Source of the DNA: Psammoneis japonica | Taxonomy: Eukaryota | Assembly (NCBI GenBank): GCA_008632985.1 | Contig: QPGO01000008.1 | Span: 662,979-726,978, forward strand | Direction of reading: 5' to 3' | Length of the DNA: 64,000 nucleotides | Part shown: piece after piece, positions 36,682-49,025 of the stretch | Layout of the letters: every line of letters starts with the position of its first letter | How positions within the stretch are numbered: position 1 is the stretch's first letter | Made by a program: the position numbers and the translations under genes | The notes under the pieces: generated by a model | Database searches by the model: none | What the model saw: the letters and a program-made list of their open reading frames with translations, nothing else | What the model was told of the DNA's origin: nothing

Positions 36682-39515
36682 ATGAAGTTCCGCAGAGCAA
36701 CACTTGCCCTTGCCTTATGCCTTGGCTTTGCCGCAGCCTTCACGTGAGTTTGAAGTTTGCGTTTGACTGTCAATTTACACGATGAGACGTCTACTAGAGT
36801 AGGAATATGATTCGGTGATCCTCGACTTCGCGGAACAAAAACACGCAGCGTGTCAGTCGCGTACATTGTGAAACCTTTGTGAAGGCGGAAGATTCTGTGA
36901 AGTATCCAGATTACTTGTTGCCGACTTATTCGTACTCACTTTCTCAGATTGCTGTAATCACTGCATCGCTTCCAGGGTGCCTTCTTTTGGTAGCCGCCAC
37001 AATGCAGCCGTCGCATCTAGCATGCTCATGTCAACAACAGCAGAAGTGAACGGAGTCGAGACTGTGAGTGGTTTCATGATGGATGTTTCACATTTTTCTT
37101 TCAGATAGAGACTTACATTTGGTTCTTTATCTCACCTTTGTTTAGGAAACGGTCAAAGAGACTCCTTCTGTCATGAGGCCACCGATTGACATGCCTTGGG
37201 GAAGCATCTCGGAGCAAGTAAGTGCTACTTAAGTTTAAAAGATGTTTTGGCGATTTCTGTGTGCTTAAAATTATTTTAATTTTATTCTCAATCAACAGCT
37301 TCAGGAAAAGTTTGGCTACAGTGCTGAAGAAGTTGCAGCATACAACGACGAACTTGAAGGCGACAAGTATGCCTTGTTGAAGCTGTACAAGGCGATGACC
37401 ATGGCGAGAGGCTTTGAAAACGCCTGTAACCAGGCGTACATGCAGGGAAAGATCAGAGGTTTCATGCACTTAGACAACGGTCAAGAAAGTATCCCAGGAA
37501 TGGTGGATTACGCCATCAAGAACGATGACAAGAAGTACTCTTACTACCGCGAACACACCCACGCGATTGCAAGCGGCGTAGATGCGGGCGCCGTCATGGC
37601 AGAGCTCATGATGAAGGATGGGGGCACATGCCGCGGTGCCGGTGGATCCATGCATATCTTCGACAAGGAGACCTACTTTCAGGGAGGATGGGCCCTTGTA
37701 GCGGAACAACTGCCATATGCTGGCGGTGCAGCCAAGTCTATTTTGCTCGACCGGAAGCTTGGTCTTTCAGACGACGAGAAGATCAACAAGCAGAACGTTG
37801 CCCCTCCTGAAGATGATGACCGCATCTCGGTTGTGTTTGTAGGAGAAGGAGGATCTCAAAACGGTCGCATGGCTGAGTTGCTCAACTCTGGTGCCAAGGA
37901 TAATCTTCCACTTCTCATCATCACCATCGACAATGGACGTGCCATCAACACTTATACACCGGATATCGCCCAGAACAGCTATGTTTTTGAGCAGGGGTCA
38001 CATTATGGCGTCCCGGGTTTGCTTGTCGACGGTTTGAACGCTGCAGATGTTGCAAAAGGTGGAAAGGCTGTCATTGACTACATTCGCAAGGGAAACGGAC
38101 CAGCTATTCTACAGGTACACACTTATCGTTTCAACGGGCACTCCCCGGCCGACCCTGAGCACGAACGTGGCCGCAAGGACGAAAAGGCGTGGGCTCGTGC
38201 AGAGCAGGATCCTTTGAAATCCTTCGAGGACCAGTACATTTCAAAGGGTGTTTTCACCGAAGACGAACTCAAAACGGCAAGAAAGGAAGTGCTCGCTGAA
38301 GTAAAGGAAGCCGTCAAATTCGCTGACAGCTCGCCAATGCCCCCAGTTGAGCTGGCCAAGGAACTTGAGTACCCAGATGTACCTGACACTGACTACAATC
38401 AGAAGCCAGCTCCCGAATTCGCTGCTGAGGTCAATGCTCGTACCATCAGCCCGGAACAAATGGCCACCGTTACCGCTCATATTGAAGACCTTCGCGCCAA
38501 GGCCGAGGCCGGCGAAATTTCCATCGGCGATGCCATCAACCTTGCCATTCACGAGGAAATGCTTCGCGATCCAACCACCACCATTCACGCCGAAGATCTC
38601 CAGGCTGGTTCTTCATACGACATTCCCAAGCTGACACAGCAGACCTACGGTCAGATTCGTGCTGCAGATGAAATCATCGACGAAGGTCATTTTATTGGTA
38701 AAGCTTTGGGCGAGGCTATGAACGGATACCGCCCAATTGTTGAGTTGATGAATACCAACTTCGGAATCTACGGTATGGCAGAGATCAGTTCTGCCGGCAA
38801 TACCTATGCCACCACTGGTGGCCAGTTCGACATGCCCATGACAATTATTGGCGCTGGTGGAACCGCTCCTAACCAGGCGCTCGGTGCCGAGCACAGTCAG
38901 CCTTTCCACGCCTATGTGATGGGTATTCCCGGACTCAAGATTTGCACGGCGGCTTCCCCTGACGCTGCGTACGGTATCACCAAGAGTATGATCCGCGACA
39001 ACGGCCCATGCTTTCTCTTTGCCCCTGTAAAGATGATGAAAGAAAGCAAGGGTCCTGTTGATCTCGGTCAATGTATGCCACTCAACAAGGCTGCTCTCTT
39101 GCACAAGGCGTCTGAAGATACTGTCAAGGCCGGGAATGCTGTCACTGTGTTGACCTACCTGCACGGTGTCAAGGAATGCCAAGCTTCAATTGAAGCCATC
39201 CAAGAGGAAGGATTCGACATTGACTTGATCGAACTTCGTACGTTGAAGCCGTTGGACATGGACACAATTTCCACAAGTCTTGCTAGGACCAACAAGCTTT
39301 GCATTTTGGACGAGTCCACCAAGAGTGGAGGAGTTGGTGCGACGATCAGCGCTCGAGTGTCTGAGGAGCTGTTCGATCTCCTAGACTCGCCGGTAAAGAG
39401 GCTTTGTATGGACGATGCACCAGTTCCGTATGCGTCCAGCATGGAGGAGGCTGTTGTGAAACGGGGAAGTGATTTGATCGAAGGCGTTTTTGATCTTTGC
39501 TCTGGAAACTGGTAG
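36682..39515 (+). CDS. Plastid-targeted pyruvate dehydrogenase E1 alpha-beta fusion, copy 1 (three short 5' exons, long exon from ~37299)
   Basis: MKFRRATLALALCLGFAAAF presequence. Alpha motifs GKIRGFMHL..GQE, YREH, GGSMH and TYRFNGHS.AD. Beta motifs RPIVE, AEHSQ, LRTLKPLD and PVPYA. Confidence 0.93.
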
Positions 39516-39729
39516 AAAATTCAGTGTGTTTAGAATGGTATCTTATGATGCTAGCTCAACGAGTGACATCCGCTAGCCCTATTTCCATAATATTATAGAA
39601 GTTTTTCATACTGTTGTAGCTATCTGTGGCATCAACTTCAAGCCTCTGGAGCACCACTGGAAGGTCGGAAGCTTCCGCAAAATTCGTACCGGTGACAGAC
39701 GTGTGGAGCAGGGAACAGGGCGGTAGGGG

Positions 39730-39870
39730 GGCTCTACTCTAGTAGTAGCTAGAGTAGAGAGTAGCTAGAGCTACTACCAGCTAGCTCTAGAGAGGGCCCT
39801 CTTTAGGTAGAGGTAACGATGCATGCATCCTGCATGATGCAGGCATGCTATGTCACAATTCGCGATCGCG
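39730..39870. repeat. Cluster of short perfect inverted repeats/palindromes
   Basis: CTCTACTCTAG/CTAGAGTAGAG (39732-39759), CTAGAGCTA/TAGCTCTAG (39765-39790), AGAGGGCCCTCT (39791-39802), GATGCATGCATC and CGCGATCGCG (39861-39870). Confidence 0.85.
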
Positions 39871-40402
39871 TATCGACAACACTTGAGCAAACTGTTGAAA
39901 CTACATCTACTATCTATCAGGTCTGGACTCTTCAACTCACAGATCCCCATCTAGTAGATCGCTGGATATCCTGAGTGTCTTCGTCGGATAGATTTTCATT
40001 TTAGAATAAGCTGTTCTCATCCTTTGTATTCCCTGCTTCCCCGCAATTTCACCGCTATCTTGACTTATAAAGCGAACAATTGGTGTATCAATATTGTTCG
40101 GATCTTTCTTCTTCTCGTTCTCGATTCTAGAGTGCCGTTTCCCTTCTGATTATTCATCGGATTTTTTCTTGTGACCAAATCATAATATTCGGCATTTCAC
40201 TCCAGGTTGGTCGCGGGTAAATTCTGTCTTCAATTCCGAGTGAACGCGAGTCGTCCGGGTAAACGCCTACCGGTAGGGCCCTAATTAGTTTGTCTCGTTC
40301 TGCAAGCCACAGTAGAATAAATAAACCTCATCCCGTGATACGCAATACGGTAGGTCAAGCCGCAAGTGTTCGTTCAACGTGCAACGTCGGGCAGTTGGAA
40401 GG

Positions 40403-41278
40403 ATGTGGCTTCGGTGGTTTCTTGTTTTCTGTGTTGTTGGCGTCTGCCTGAGGACTTCACTTGCCATGGCTGGGCCATCTCGTATACAACGAACCTTGTT
40501 CCAACACGCAGCTACAGTACGCGAAAAGATTTCTGGGATTCCAGAGCCTACGTATGAGGCGTTGGCATATCAATCTTGTTACGAGAGAAATGACGGAAAG
40601 GGGATGCGAGGTTTTTGTAATTGGCTAATCCCTGGTTTGCTCATGGTGGGTCAGTACCCGGGCCTTACTCCAGAAAGCAATGGACCGAGTTATTGTGACG
40701 TGAACAATCACATCCGCTCTATCATTCAAGATGGCGGAGTTTCCTTGTTTTGCTCGCTTCAATCCGAGGTTCCTTCTCAGCTTGATGAAGATTTGTGGGA
40801 ACGCTCAGGAGGGAAAGTTTATTTACCAGCATCGGATCGAAAGTACTTTCCTCGGCCGTTCACGCAATATGCGCCGCTGGTAGAGTCAATATCAACAGAC
40901 AAGAAGCCTGCGTTTCTTCACTTTCCTATTCCCGATTTAAACGAACCATCGTCGCAGCCTCTGCAAAATCTGCTTTCGCAACTTTTGCGGGGTATGGATG
41001 AAGATGAGCACACTGTCTATCTTCACTGTTGGGGTGGACGGGGACGTGCTGGTCTTGTCGGCGCCTGCCTGGTATCGCTCATTTATCCTCAGCTGGAACC
41101 TTCGACTGTTTTAGACTTGGTGCAAGCTGGATACGAAACTAGAGATGGAGCCGAATCAATGCCCCCGCAACTCTCTCGCTCCCCCCAAACAACTCGACAG
41201 CGGGAGTTTGTGAAAAACTTCATACTGGAGCACAGACGACTCCAGCGATACAATAAGCAATGGCGTTCTGTTTCATGA
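40403..41278 (+). CDS. Cys-based protein tyrosine/dual-specificity phosphatase-like protein with N-terminal signal peptide
   Basis: VYLHCWGGRGRAG (CX5R loop), FPIPD and SPQT. Hydrophobic N-terminus. Confidence 0.88.
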   Translation: MWLRWFLVFCVVGVCLRTSLAMAGPSRIQRTLFQHAATVREKISGIPEPTYEALAYQSCYERNDGKGMRGFCNWLIPGLLMVGQYPGLTPESNGPSYCDVNNHIRSIIQDGGVSLFCSLQSEVPSQLDEDLWERSGGKVYLPASDRKYFPRPFTQYAPLVESISTDKKPAFLHFPIPDLNEPSSQPLQNLLSQLLRGMDEDEHTVYLHCWGGRGRAGLVGACLVSLIYPQLEPSTVLDLVQAGYETRDGAESMPPQLSRSPQTTRQREFVKNFILEHRRLQRYNKQWRSVS

Positions 41279-41436
41279 AGGTGTTGGAGAGTTCGCTAAA
41301 ACATCATTATCTCTGCTCGATCAACCTCTGCGTTACTTCTGAGCAACAGCATTCTGTTTCTTGATGTGAGAGGAGTGAATCGCTTACTTGGAGAGTACGC
41401 TTTAGAACAGTATTATCTGTTTTCAGGTTTATCTGC

Positions 41437-44148
41437 TCATACAACCTGTGAGTTTCTTCTAGAGGATGATTCTCCAATTTCCGTCATCTCCGTTTCACCC
41501 ACAACTTCTTCAGAGCGACGGTCGTCCCTATGCGTTGGCAAGCTGAAGTACCGCGAAAAGCGACTTCGTCGCCGACTTCGCACTTCCTGCTCATCATCTT
41601 CCTCATCATTGTCTGCAGGGGTATCGCCAGAGCTCCTCGTCGGTGCGACATCGCTGTGACCCGAGAAAGCGTCATCGTCTTCCACGCCAAACCACCCTAA
41701 CTCTCTCCAATGTAGCACTTGGGCGAGCGTAACAGGCGGGATCATGGAGGGGGTGCCTACAGTTTGATCCACCCTCCATATTCCATCGCGGTCAGACTCC
41801 CCTGCCTCGTTGTCAGGCAAGTTGTTTGACAACGAGTGTCGACAAGCAGGACAAGAAGCATTATTTTCTAACCACGAATCGACGCAAACTTTGTGAAACT
41901 CGTGGTTGCACGGAAGCAGACGCAATTCATCTCCTGGTTCGTATTCAACCAAGCATATAGGGCAACATTCTTCTTCGAGGGCTACGTCTGAAAGTCCACC
42001 AGAATCTAATTCACTCTCTGTGTTAGTTTCAGTGGAACCAGGGGAAGATTCGTATGTCTTGACTGGGAGCGCATCGATTGTTTCGGGTGACAAGCCTCGT
42101 CTCCGACCCAAGATGCCCATGTTTCCGCCTCCGCCGGCAGCCTCGTTTTCGATCGCTTGTCGCCTTAATGTGCCGTACAAAGCCGTGAAGAAAACACTCA
42201 TTAACAGCATCACAGCCACTAGCATGTGCAAGGCTTCTAATTCCGCTTCATAGGCCTCTAAGCCATCCGGAGGTGCCTCCTCAAAGTTAACAGTGGAATC
42301 CGCATTAAATAAATCTAGGCTCCACATTCCATGAATCTGTGTGACCGTCTTAAAACGTCCGCCCCACACATACATTGAACCGAATTTATCTAGAGCAGAA
42401 GTGTGCTCAAGGCGATTCGACGCGCTCAAGTCGTACAAAGTTCCTCCTTCTTTATCATCAACCGCTTTCCACCATGTTGGATCGTCCGGGCGAGAAACCA
42501 AAGTGTCGGAGAAGACAAAGGCAATGGGCTACAAAGAAATAAGAAAAGTAAACGTTAGCGCCTTGGCTCTAGAAGACGATCGCTTCGCTTGAGAACCATC
42601 AAGGGACAAAGAACTCACCTCTCCAGATATTGTCCGCGCTGTTCTAAAACCGCCAAACACACCAAGAGAGCCATCTTTCCATCCCACCATCGTGTGATAA
42701 CTCCTTGAAAGTGATGGCGTCATAAATCGCTCACTCCATTTCCGCCTAACTAAATCAAACACCCAGACGTCTGGAAGTTCATCCCATAATCCTATATCTC
42801 CTACTCCCCGATTTGTCGACCATGCAGAAGACGTCATGCCACCGTATACAACGAGAGAATTTCCCACCACAGTGGCCGCGTGGGCTGTGCGTGCAACGGG
42901 GAACCGACCCCACTCATCTCTCTGCTCAATCGGTGGCGGGTACGGCGAAATCTGTTCCATCGTTTCTGATGTGTAATTGTACAGCCAAATGTCGCCCAAC
43001 GCTACATCCTCTGGCTTATCCTTGTTGTGGCCGCTGAGCTGGTGTTTCACATGCAATCCACCGTAGAACACAAGGGCAGATCCTGAAGTCCAATGCCCCC
43101 CTCGGCATTCTCCTCTGGTCAGTGTCATATCATTCCAGTGGCTAGGACCATTGTATGAGGAATTGCTACTGTTCGGCGGGGGTTCTTCATCGTGAAGGTC
43201 TCGGTAGTACTTGACCGTTGGCATGATGCGCTCCCACTCTAGAACGGATGCATTTGGAAGCGATTCGTTTGGGGTATTGAGCTTGTGTTCAATCTTGGTT
43301 TTCCATACGTACGGAGCTTCCTCTACGACAAAGGCTTTGTCCCTCCAAAGCATGCCACCAAAGACATGCAAAGCACCGTCGTGCAAAGCACTCACGTGGC
43401 CAACACGGCCAGGAGGCCACAGCAAATTGTCTGTGCTGCCATCTTGTCCTTCAGGTTGAGTCTCGGCTCCGACGCTTAGCCCAGACAAGTCCATCCACTT
43501 CGAATGCCGGCCGATACTGGGTTCTCCCATGTCAAATGCCCATACAGGAAAGCTGGTCCAGTCTGTGTCTGTAAAGCCACCAGAGACAATCATGAACTCC
43601 TGCTTAATGTCACCAACTGGCGGGACGTAGGATGGAGAGAAGTTCGTAGGATCAATGTTCGACGGAAGTGGTATTGGATTTCCAGGTCGAACTGTCTCGT
43701 CCGCGTTCGATGATGTAGAAGTTTCGTTTGAGTCTGTTTCGTTAGAATATGCGGAAGAATTCGTCATCGTTGCATTATTTGAAGTCGAATTGGAAGCTGC
43801 TTCCTCCGAAGCAGAGGAGGCACTATCGCCTCTAAACCAATCCGTCCAGAAAGAATCTCGTCGGCGTCCTCCACCATCTTGTTTGAATATCTGGTAAACA
43901 ACACTGTCTAAGCTTCGACGCGATGCTGGACCGGACGTCTCGCCGTAGTCTCGACGCACCCACCAGGAACGATCATGCCCATCGCCTGCCACAGCAATTC
44001 GATGATTACGGAGCATATAGGGTTTACCCGGAGGACCACTTCCGTGTGTGTTCAAAAGCGAAGCATTATGGGTCGTTGGAGGAGGCACAGAAATATCAAA
44101 GTCGCTTTGCAGAAACGGTACCAACGAAGTCAAAACGGCATGTTTCAT
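41437..44148 (-). CDS. Kelch-repeat, single-TM, RING-H2 E3 ligase; exons 44148-42619 and 42528-41437
   Basis: Repeated GG motifs with R..H (GRVGH, ARTAH, SRSYH, NRLEH). TM segment LHMLVAVMLLMSVFFTALYG. RING-H2 CPIC...LPCNHEFH..CVDSWL....CPAC. Confidence 0.88.
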
Positions 44149-45064
44149 TCTGCAACTGTAATGTGAAAGCTTGTACGTATGTTGTTGTCAGCAGCGTTGC
44201 TTCAATCGAGTGTCTCAGTCCTTACTAGCTAGTAGCAATTAAAAACAGTTGGTTTCAATTTTTGCGCTTGTCAGTCGTATCAGTGTAGTGTGCAGACTTG
44301 CAATGTCATGAGCGGGACAACGCTGAACATGTTGACGCGAACGCACGAACGAACGTGCTTTCGTTTTTTGCTTTTTTTTTTTGCTCTTTTCTCAACGCTT
44401 CTCCCTTGCGAGCTCGTACAGCAAATCAATACCACCGTTACTGAAAGAGGAGGGGAAATATTCGATACGATTCGTGACACTTGGGGTCATACTATTGTCA
44501 TTTTAGTTACCATACATAACGCCACAACGAATCAATTAACGGTGGACTTGGAAGCCTCAAATTCTCCCCCCAGAAAGAGCTCGCCAATGAGTTGGTCGCG
44601 TTTTTCTCCTTGTTTTGGGTTCACGATGGCATCACAACATGTGTATGGGTTTAAAAACATTTCCATGTTGTATTTGTTGTCTCTCTATTTGGTAGTACAG
44701 AGAATCTCTAGAGTCTGTACTGAACCTGAACCTGAACCTCAATCACCACCTACAGCACTCCCGGCTTGGGAGGTCTGCACCTACAGTATAGAGAGAAGAG
44801 GCGCAATCAATTTCAAAGATTTTCTTGGGGACTTCTTGCTTCACCATTGAGCAGTGAGCTTCAGGCTTCCGCACAAGAGATGAAGCGTACTCGGCACGCA
44901 GTGCTCGTGTGGCTATGTGGAACCCATACCCCCTCTCACTCACAATTTGGTACAATATCGAGTAATTAGTGCCACAAGCTAAAGCAGGAGGGTTGCTTTG
45001 CATACCAATACATTAAAATAGTAGTACGGCTGAAAGAGCCGTTTCCAAGGTGCTGGGACTTTGA

Positions 45065-45995
45065 TTATCTATCCTCATCATCAGTCGTGAGTTTTCCAAG
45101 TGTTCGCAACGTGGCACCTCCAAAGTCAACCGTCTCTTCCAAGAAGGATGCACCACTTCCGGTTTTGCATACTCCTCCACGAAGGTTCGGCACGGTGACA
45201 CCACTCGAAGGAAGTGCCTTTAACGTATGAGTGTCGCAAAATAGAAGGGAACAGTTGTGCGTCTTCAGAGTTTCCAAAGTCGCAGCAGCCCGTTCGGAAG
45301 GTACACCGCAACCTTGAATACCACCGACAGCAGGCAAGACAATCGTTGCTCCCGTCGTCAACGCCGCACAGACAGCTGAACCGATTCCAAATGGATGGCA
45401 CAGCGTGATTGAGACACAAACCTTGTCATCTTTTTGTCATGCTTAGTTCTGTTGCGGCGTCTGCTCCATGCGCTAGTGCCTGACGATTCGTGTATGCCGT
45501 AGTCGTATTGTAAAATCCATGCGCAGAGTCTGGCTGGCCTTGATCGAGCAAGTCCCCGTCATCATCTTCCTCCAGTAAATCTGGAGATTCTTCGCCAGCT
45601 CCGTTCGCAATTAAATCAACTAAGAAATCTCCACTCAGGACTGGCAGTGGTAAATTAGTCTCCGCTAGAAACCCCGTGCCCTGACTCGCAACTGCTCCCC
45701 GAACGGAGGGAAATTGAGCCATGTTCGGCAACGACTTGGCCGTGCCGTATCCTACGCCTAAGCGATTGCAAGCCAACTGCAGTAAAAGATTTTCAGTGAT
45801 ATTTGGCAAGTCGCTAACGAGCAAGTCTTTCTTGGCATATCCATAACGGGCCAGCCACACAGCCAACGCGTTGCTTTTCTCAGAAAGATCGCGGTATGTC
45901 AGCACGTGATCTTGATATGGCGACACGAGCGCAAGATGCTGTGGCGTTCTATGAGCAACGACATCGACTGTCGCGGCAATCGTTCTAAGTGACAT
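45065..45995 (-). CDS. Short AMP-binding (adenylate-forming enzyme-like) protein, frameshifted at ~45431
   Basis: Motifs LTYRDL...NALA..L, DLPN..E and ACNRLG. Removing one base from the T5 run at 45431-45435 joins MTK|DDKVCVSITLCHPFGIG to ORF 45065-45361. Confidence 0.65.
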
Positions 45996-46272
45996 GGTTG
46001 CATATCAACGCCATGAAGCAAGGGACGTTGGGCACGTTGGGGCTGCGAGCTGCGAGCTGCGATGTGATTGATGTTCGTTCGGCGAAGGTCGGTCGTGGGT
46101 CGCGGTGGTCGAGGAGGTTGAGATGCAAGGACAGACCTTCGTTGGACTGCATTTATTTATTTTTGAGAGAAAGATGAGACACTCTCTACTAGAGTAGTAG
46201 CTAGACGTTGAGAAAAAATTGGAAGGCTCACACCGGTGATACCCTACTTTCCAGCTGATCCCTTTAGCCTCT

Positions 46273-47927
46273 CTAGAGGACTCCGCACCAGTCACATGTG
46301 AACGGGCAAGTCACTGCTACATCTACAAACTGACATAAATATCTGTAGCTGCCGTTGACACTGAGCCATTGACAGCTTCTGTCTCCTGCAACGCTATCAA
46401 CATATACTGTGAGTTCGGTGTCGACACAAGCAGCAATAGGATCTTGGCTACTGACTGGTGTAGGAGAAGGTGTCACTGGTTGAACTGTTGGTCGTTGTAG
46501 CGTGGGGGGTACGGTTGACTGATTACCTGAAGACGTTGGCGCTGACGTACCGGTGGCAGCTCCTGGCAAAATGAAGGTTGTGACATCAGATGATTCATAG
46601 GCTGCCCCACTTGCGAGAGTTTCTCCGACAGCAATCACCTCGTAATATCCGGGGCTAGAAAGCCCGTCACCATATGAATCGGTCATCACAAAAGTGTACT
46701 CTCTCCATGATTCAAGGTTCAACGTCCTCGAAAAGCGCGTGTACGACTTGGTGAAACTACCCGAAGACACCCTCTCTACTTCTTTGCCCGAGTCATCCAA
46801 GATATACCACCCCGTTTCTCTAGGAAAATTATCTGTTAGAACTGAAATAGTCAATGCAACCTCCCCTTCCGCAGGAGGGGGTGTGGGCGGCGGCGGCGCT
46901 TGTTCAGGACAGTTGCCTGGTTTGTCATCAGAGAGGACACAGATCTGGTTTTGTATCCAATCTATGGCTGAGCTTATTTCTGCGTAGACACCAGGAAGAT
47001 CAGGTCGCGCACAACCCTCACCCCAAGAAACGACGCCCACTTGTTTGTCGAAATTGCCCGAAGACGTTGTGCTAAATATGGGGCCTTCCGAGTTGCAAGA
47101 AAAGGTGACGGTGAGTCGTGTCCTTTCAAATCTCATAGACAATACTTTAGTCGAAGCATCAACACACTAATCATCCATTTACCCCCCGAGTCGCCCTGGC
47201 AAGCATCCTTCCCCCCTACATCCATTCCGGCACAGAACATAGCATCGTCGACAATCCCGTCAACGTATTTGCCATTGCAATCAGAGTCCGACAACGTCTG
47301 AACAGTTACCTCTTGCAGGGTGTCAGGTTGAGAACCACCCTCTCTAACAGCACCCAGGCCAATTACAGTTAAGTTTTGACCTCGTTGAGGGACTGCGGTC
47401 ACATCATTTAGTTGGATTGGTGCAATCGAATCAACTGTTTCGTTTAGCTTGAGCAGGAGAAAATCATTTGAGAAATCATAGCTGTTGTATTCGGGATGTC
47501 TGACAAAGTCAGTAATAGAACGGACCACTGCTCCCCGCGTGCTGGAGTTCCCAAATTTGTAAGCACCAATAGTCACAGTATCTGAGACAGCCAGAGCTGG
47601 AATACAGTGAGCAGCTGTAAGCACAAGGTCGGAGTGGATTAGGCTTCCACCACAATAGTCGGCCCAACTAACAAAAAACGGGTATTTGTCAGGACTAGCT
47701 ACCGTGGTGCCACCTACGATCTTTGGATTGGGATAGCTATTCAGTGAATCGATCTCGCTTTCTCTTCCTAAAGGCGCATTGGGTGCCGAATATGCTTCAG
47801 GCAATACCTTGTATCTCCCTGCAACAGCACCACCGAGTTTGGCGGTCGCGTACGGTGAACTTGAGAAGGAGCTAAAGAGTAGTATGGCCCATAGTCGAGC
47901 AACTGAATTCATTTTCTTTTTGCTCAA
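46273..47927 (-). CDS. Secreted trypsin-like serine protease with C-terminal beta domain, P/T linker and Cys-rich ShK-like tail (paralogue A); exons 47927-47183 and 47084-46273
   Basis: Signal peptide, IVGG, LTAAHC, NDFLLLKL, DACQGDSG|GP and GVVSWG. Confidence 0.92.
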
Positions 47928-49025
47928 GTCTTCGGTACGGGAATATTTTTATGAGATTCGACTGAAGGAATGTCTAGGTATATGAGATTTGAAACGACAC
48001 GACTTAGCGTCACGTTGTTCGTGGGAACACTGTGTCTTGCCTTCAAAGCTCCCGGAACGAGCACGAAGCCCAAGCAATAATGACATATCAAATTTCCCAC
48101 CGTAATGAGAACGTTCCTGGAACGTCCAGAGTTCTCGCATCTCTTTTGCCGAAGGCAATCTTACAGTGCGTTCTTCAAATACCGGGACGAAGTTACCAAC
48201 AGGAGCATGGTGCCGAGCATATTCATATGTCTCCACGACAATGTCAAAATCCATTATAAGGCATTTGGAAGGCCACTTGCGTGAATGAAGGATGGATAAG
48301 GTAACTAAAGGATGGACATGTCAAACTCAACGCCTACACCAAACATTCAACGCCAACACTGGACACAGGAGACCGGAGATCTTTTTTTTCAACAGCAACG
48401 CATTTTCCTCGTTGGCATTTGGTTCTTTCGCAAGCTCTCTTACTCGATTCGTTTTTACCGTATGAGGAGAAGGATCGAACCGCTTGGTGGTTAAGATCTT
48501 GACAACAGCGTGCGGGACCGAAAGTTGTCGTCGCAACTCCACTGTCCTCCTCTCGATTCTTCTTCGCGGATTTTTCGCGGCCATTTTGGGCCATTTTGAA
48601 ATTTCGGTGTTCGTTCATAGCTTATACAATACAGTATATGTAAATAACAGCAATATAATTATCAGAATAAAGTTTGTTACGTGAGAAAGGAAATACACCT
48701 CTTCAAACTTGAATAACATTGTAAGTCTCTTTTCCGTTGAGATGACGTGCCAAAATTTCAAAACTGTCTGGCTGTGGGTTGTGGCGGAAGAAAAGAAGAG
48801 AGGCGAACAGAGGAGCACGCACCGTGATCACAACTTGCCACTCGCTCGCTCAGTACCGCGAACGAAACAGATTCGCCGCGACAGGTCGTACCAAACAGAT
48901 AGTCAACAGACGCAAGATTGACGCTGTTCATTCACCGGAGCACAAAGCGGTGCGCTACTTCTAAACGCGACTGACACTAGGCTGAACAGGAAGCTTCGAT
49001 TAGTGAACAACACTGAACCCACAGA

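Noticed and set aside
37470..39442. Antisense ORFs over the PDH copies and other genes (e.g. 21105-21890, 54909-55652)
   Set aside because: Shadow frames of well-supported sense genes.
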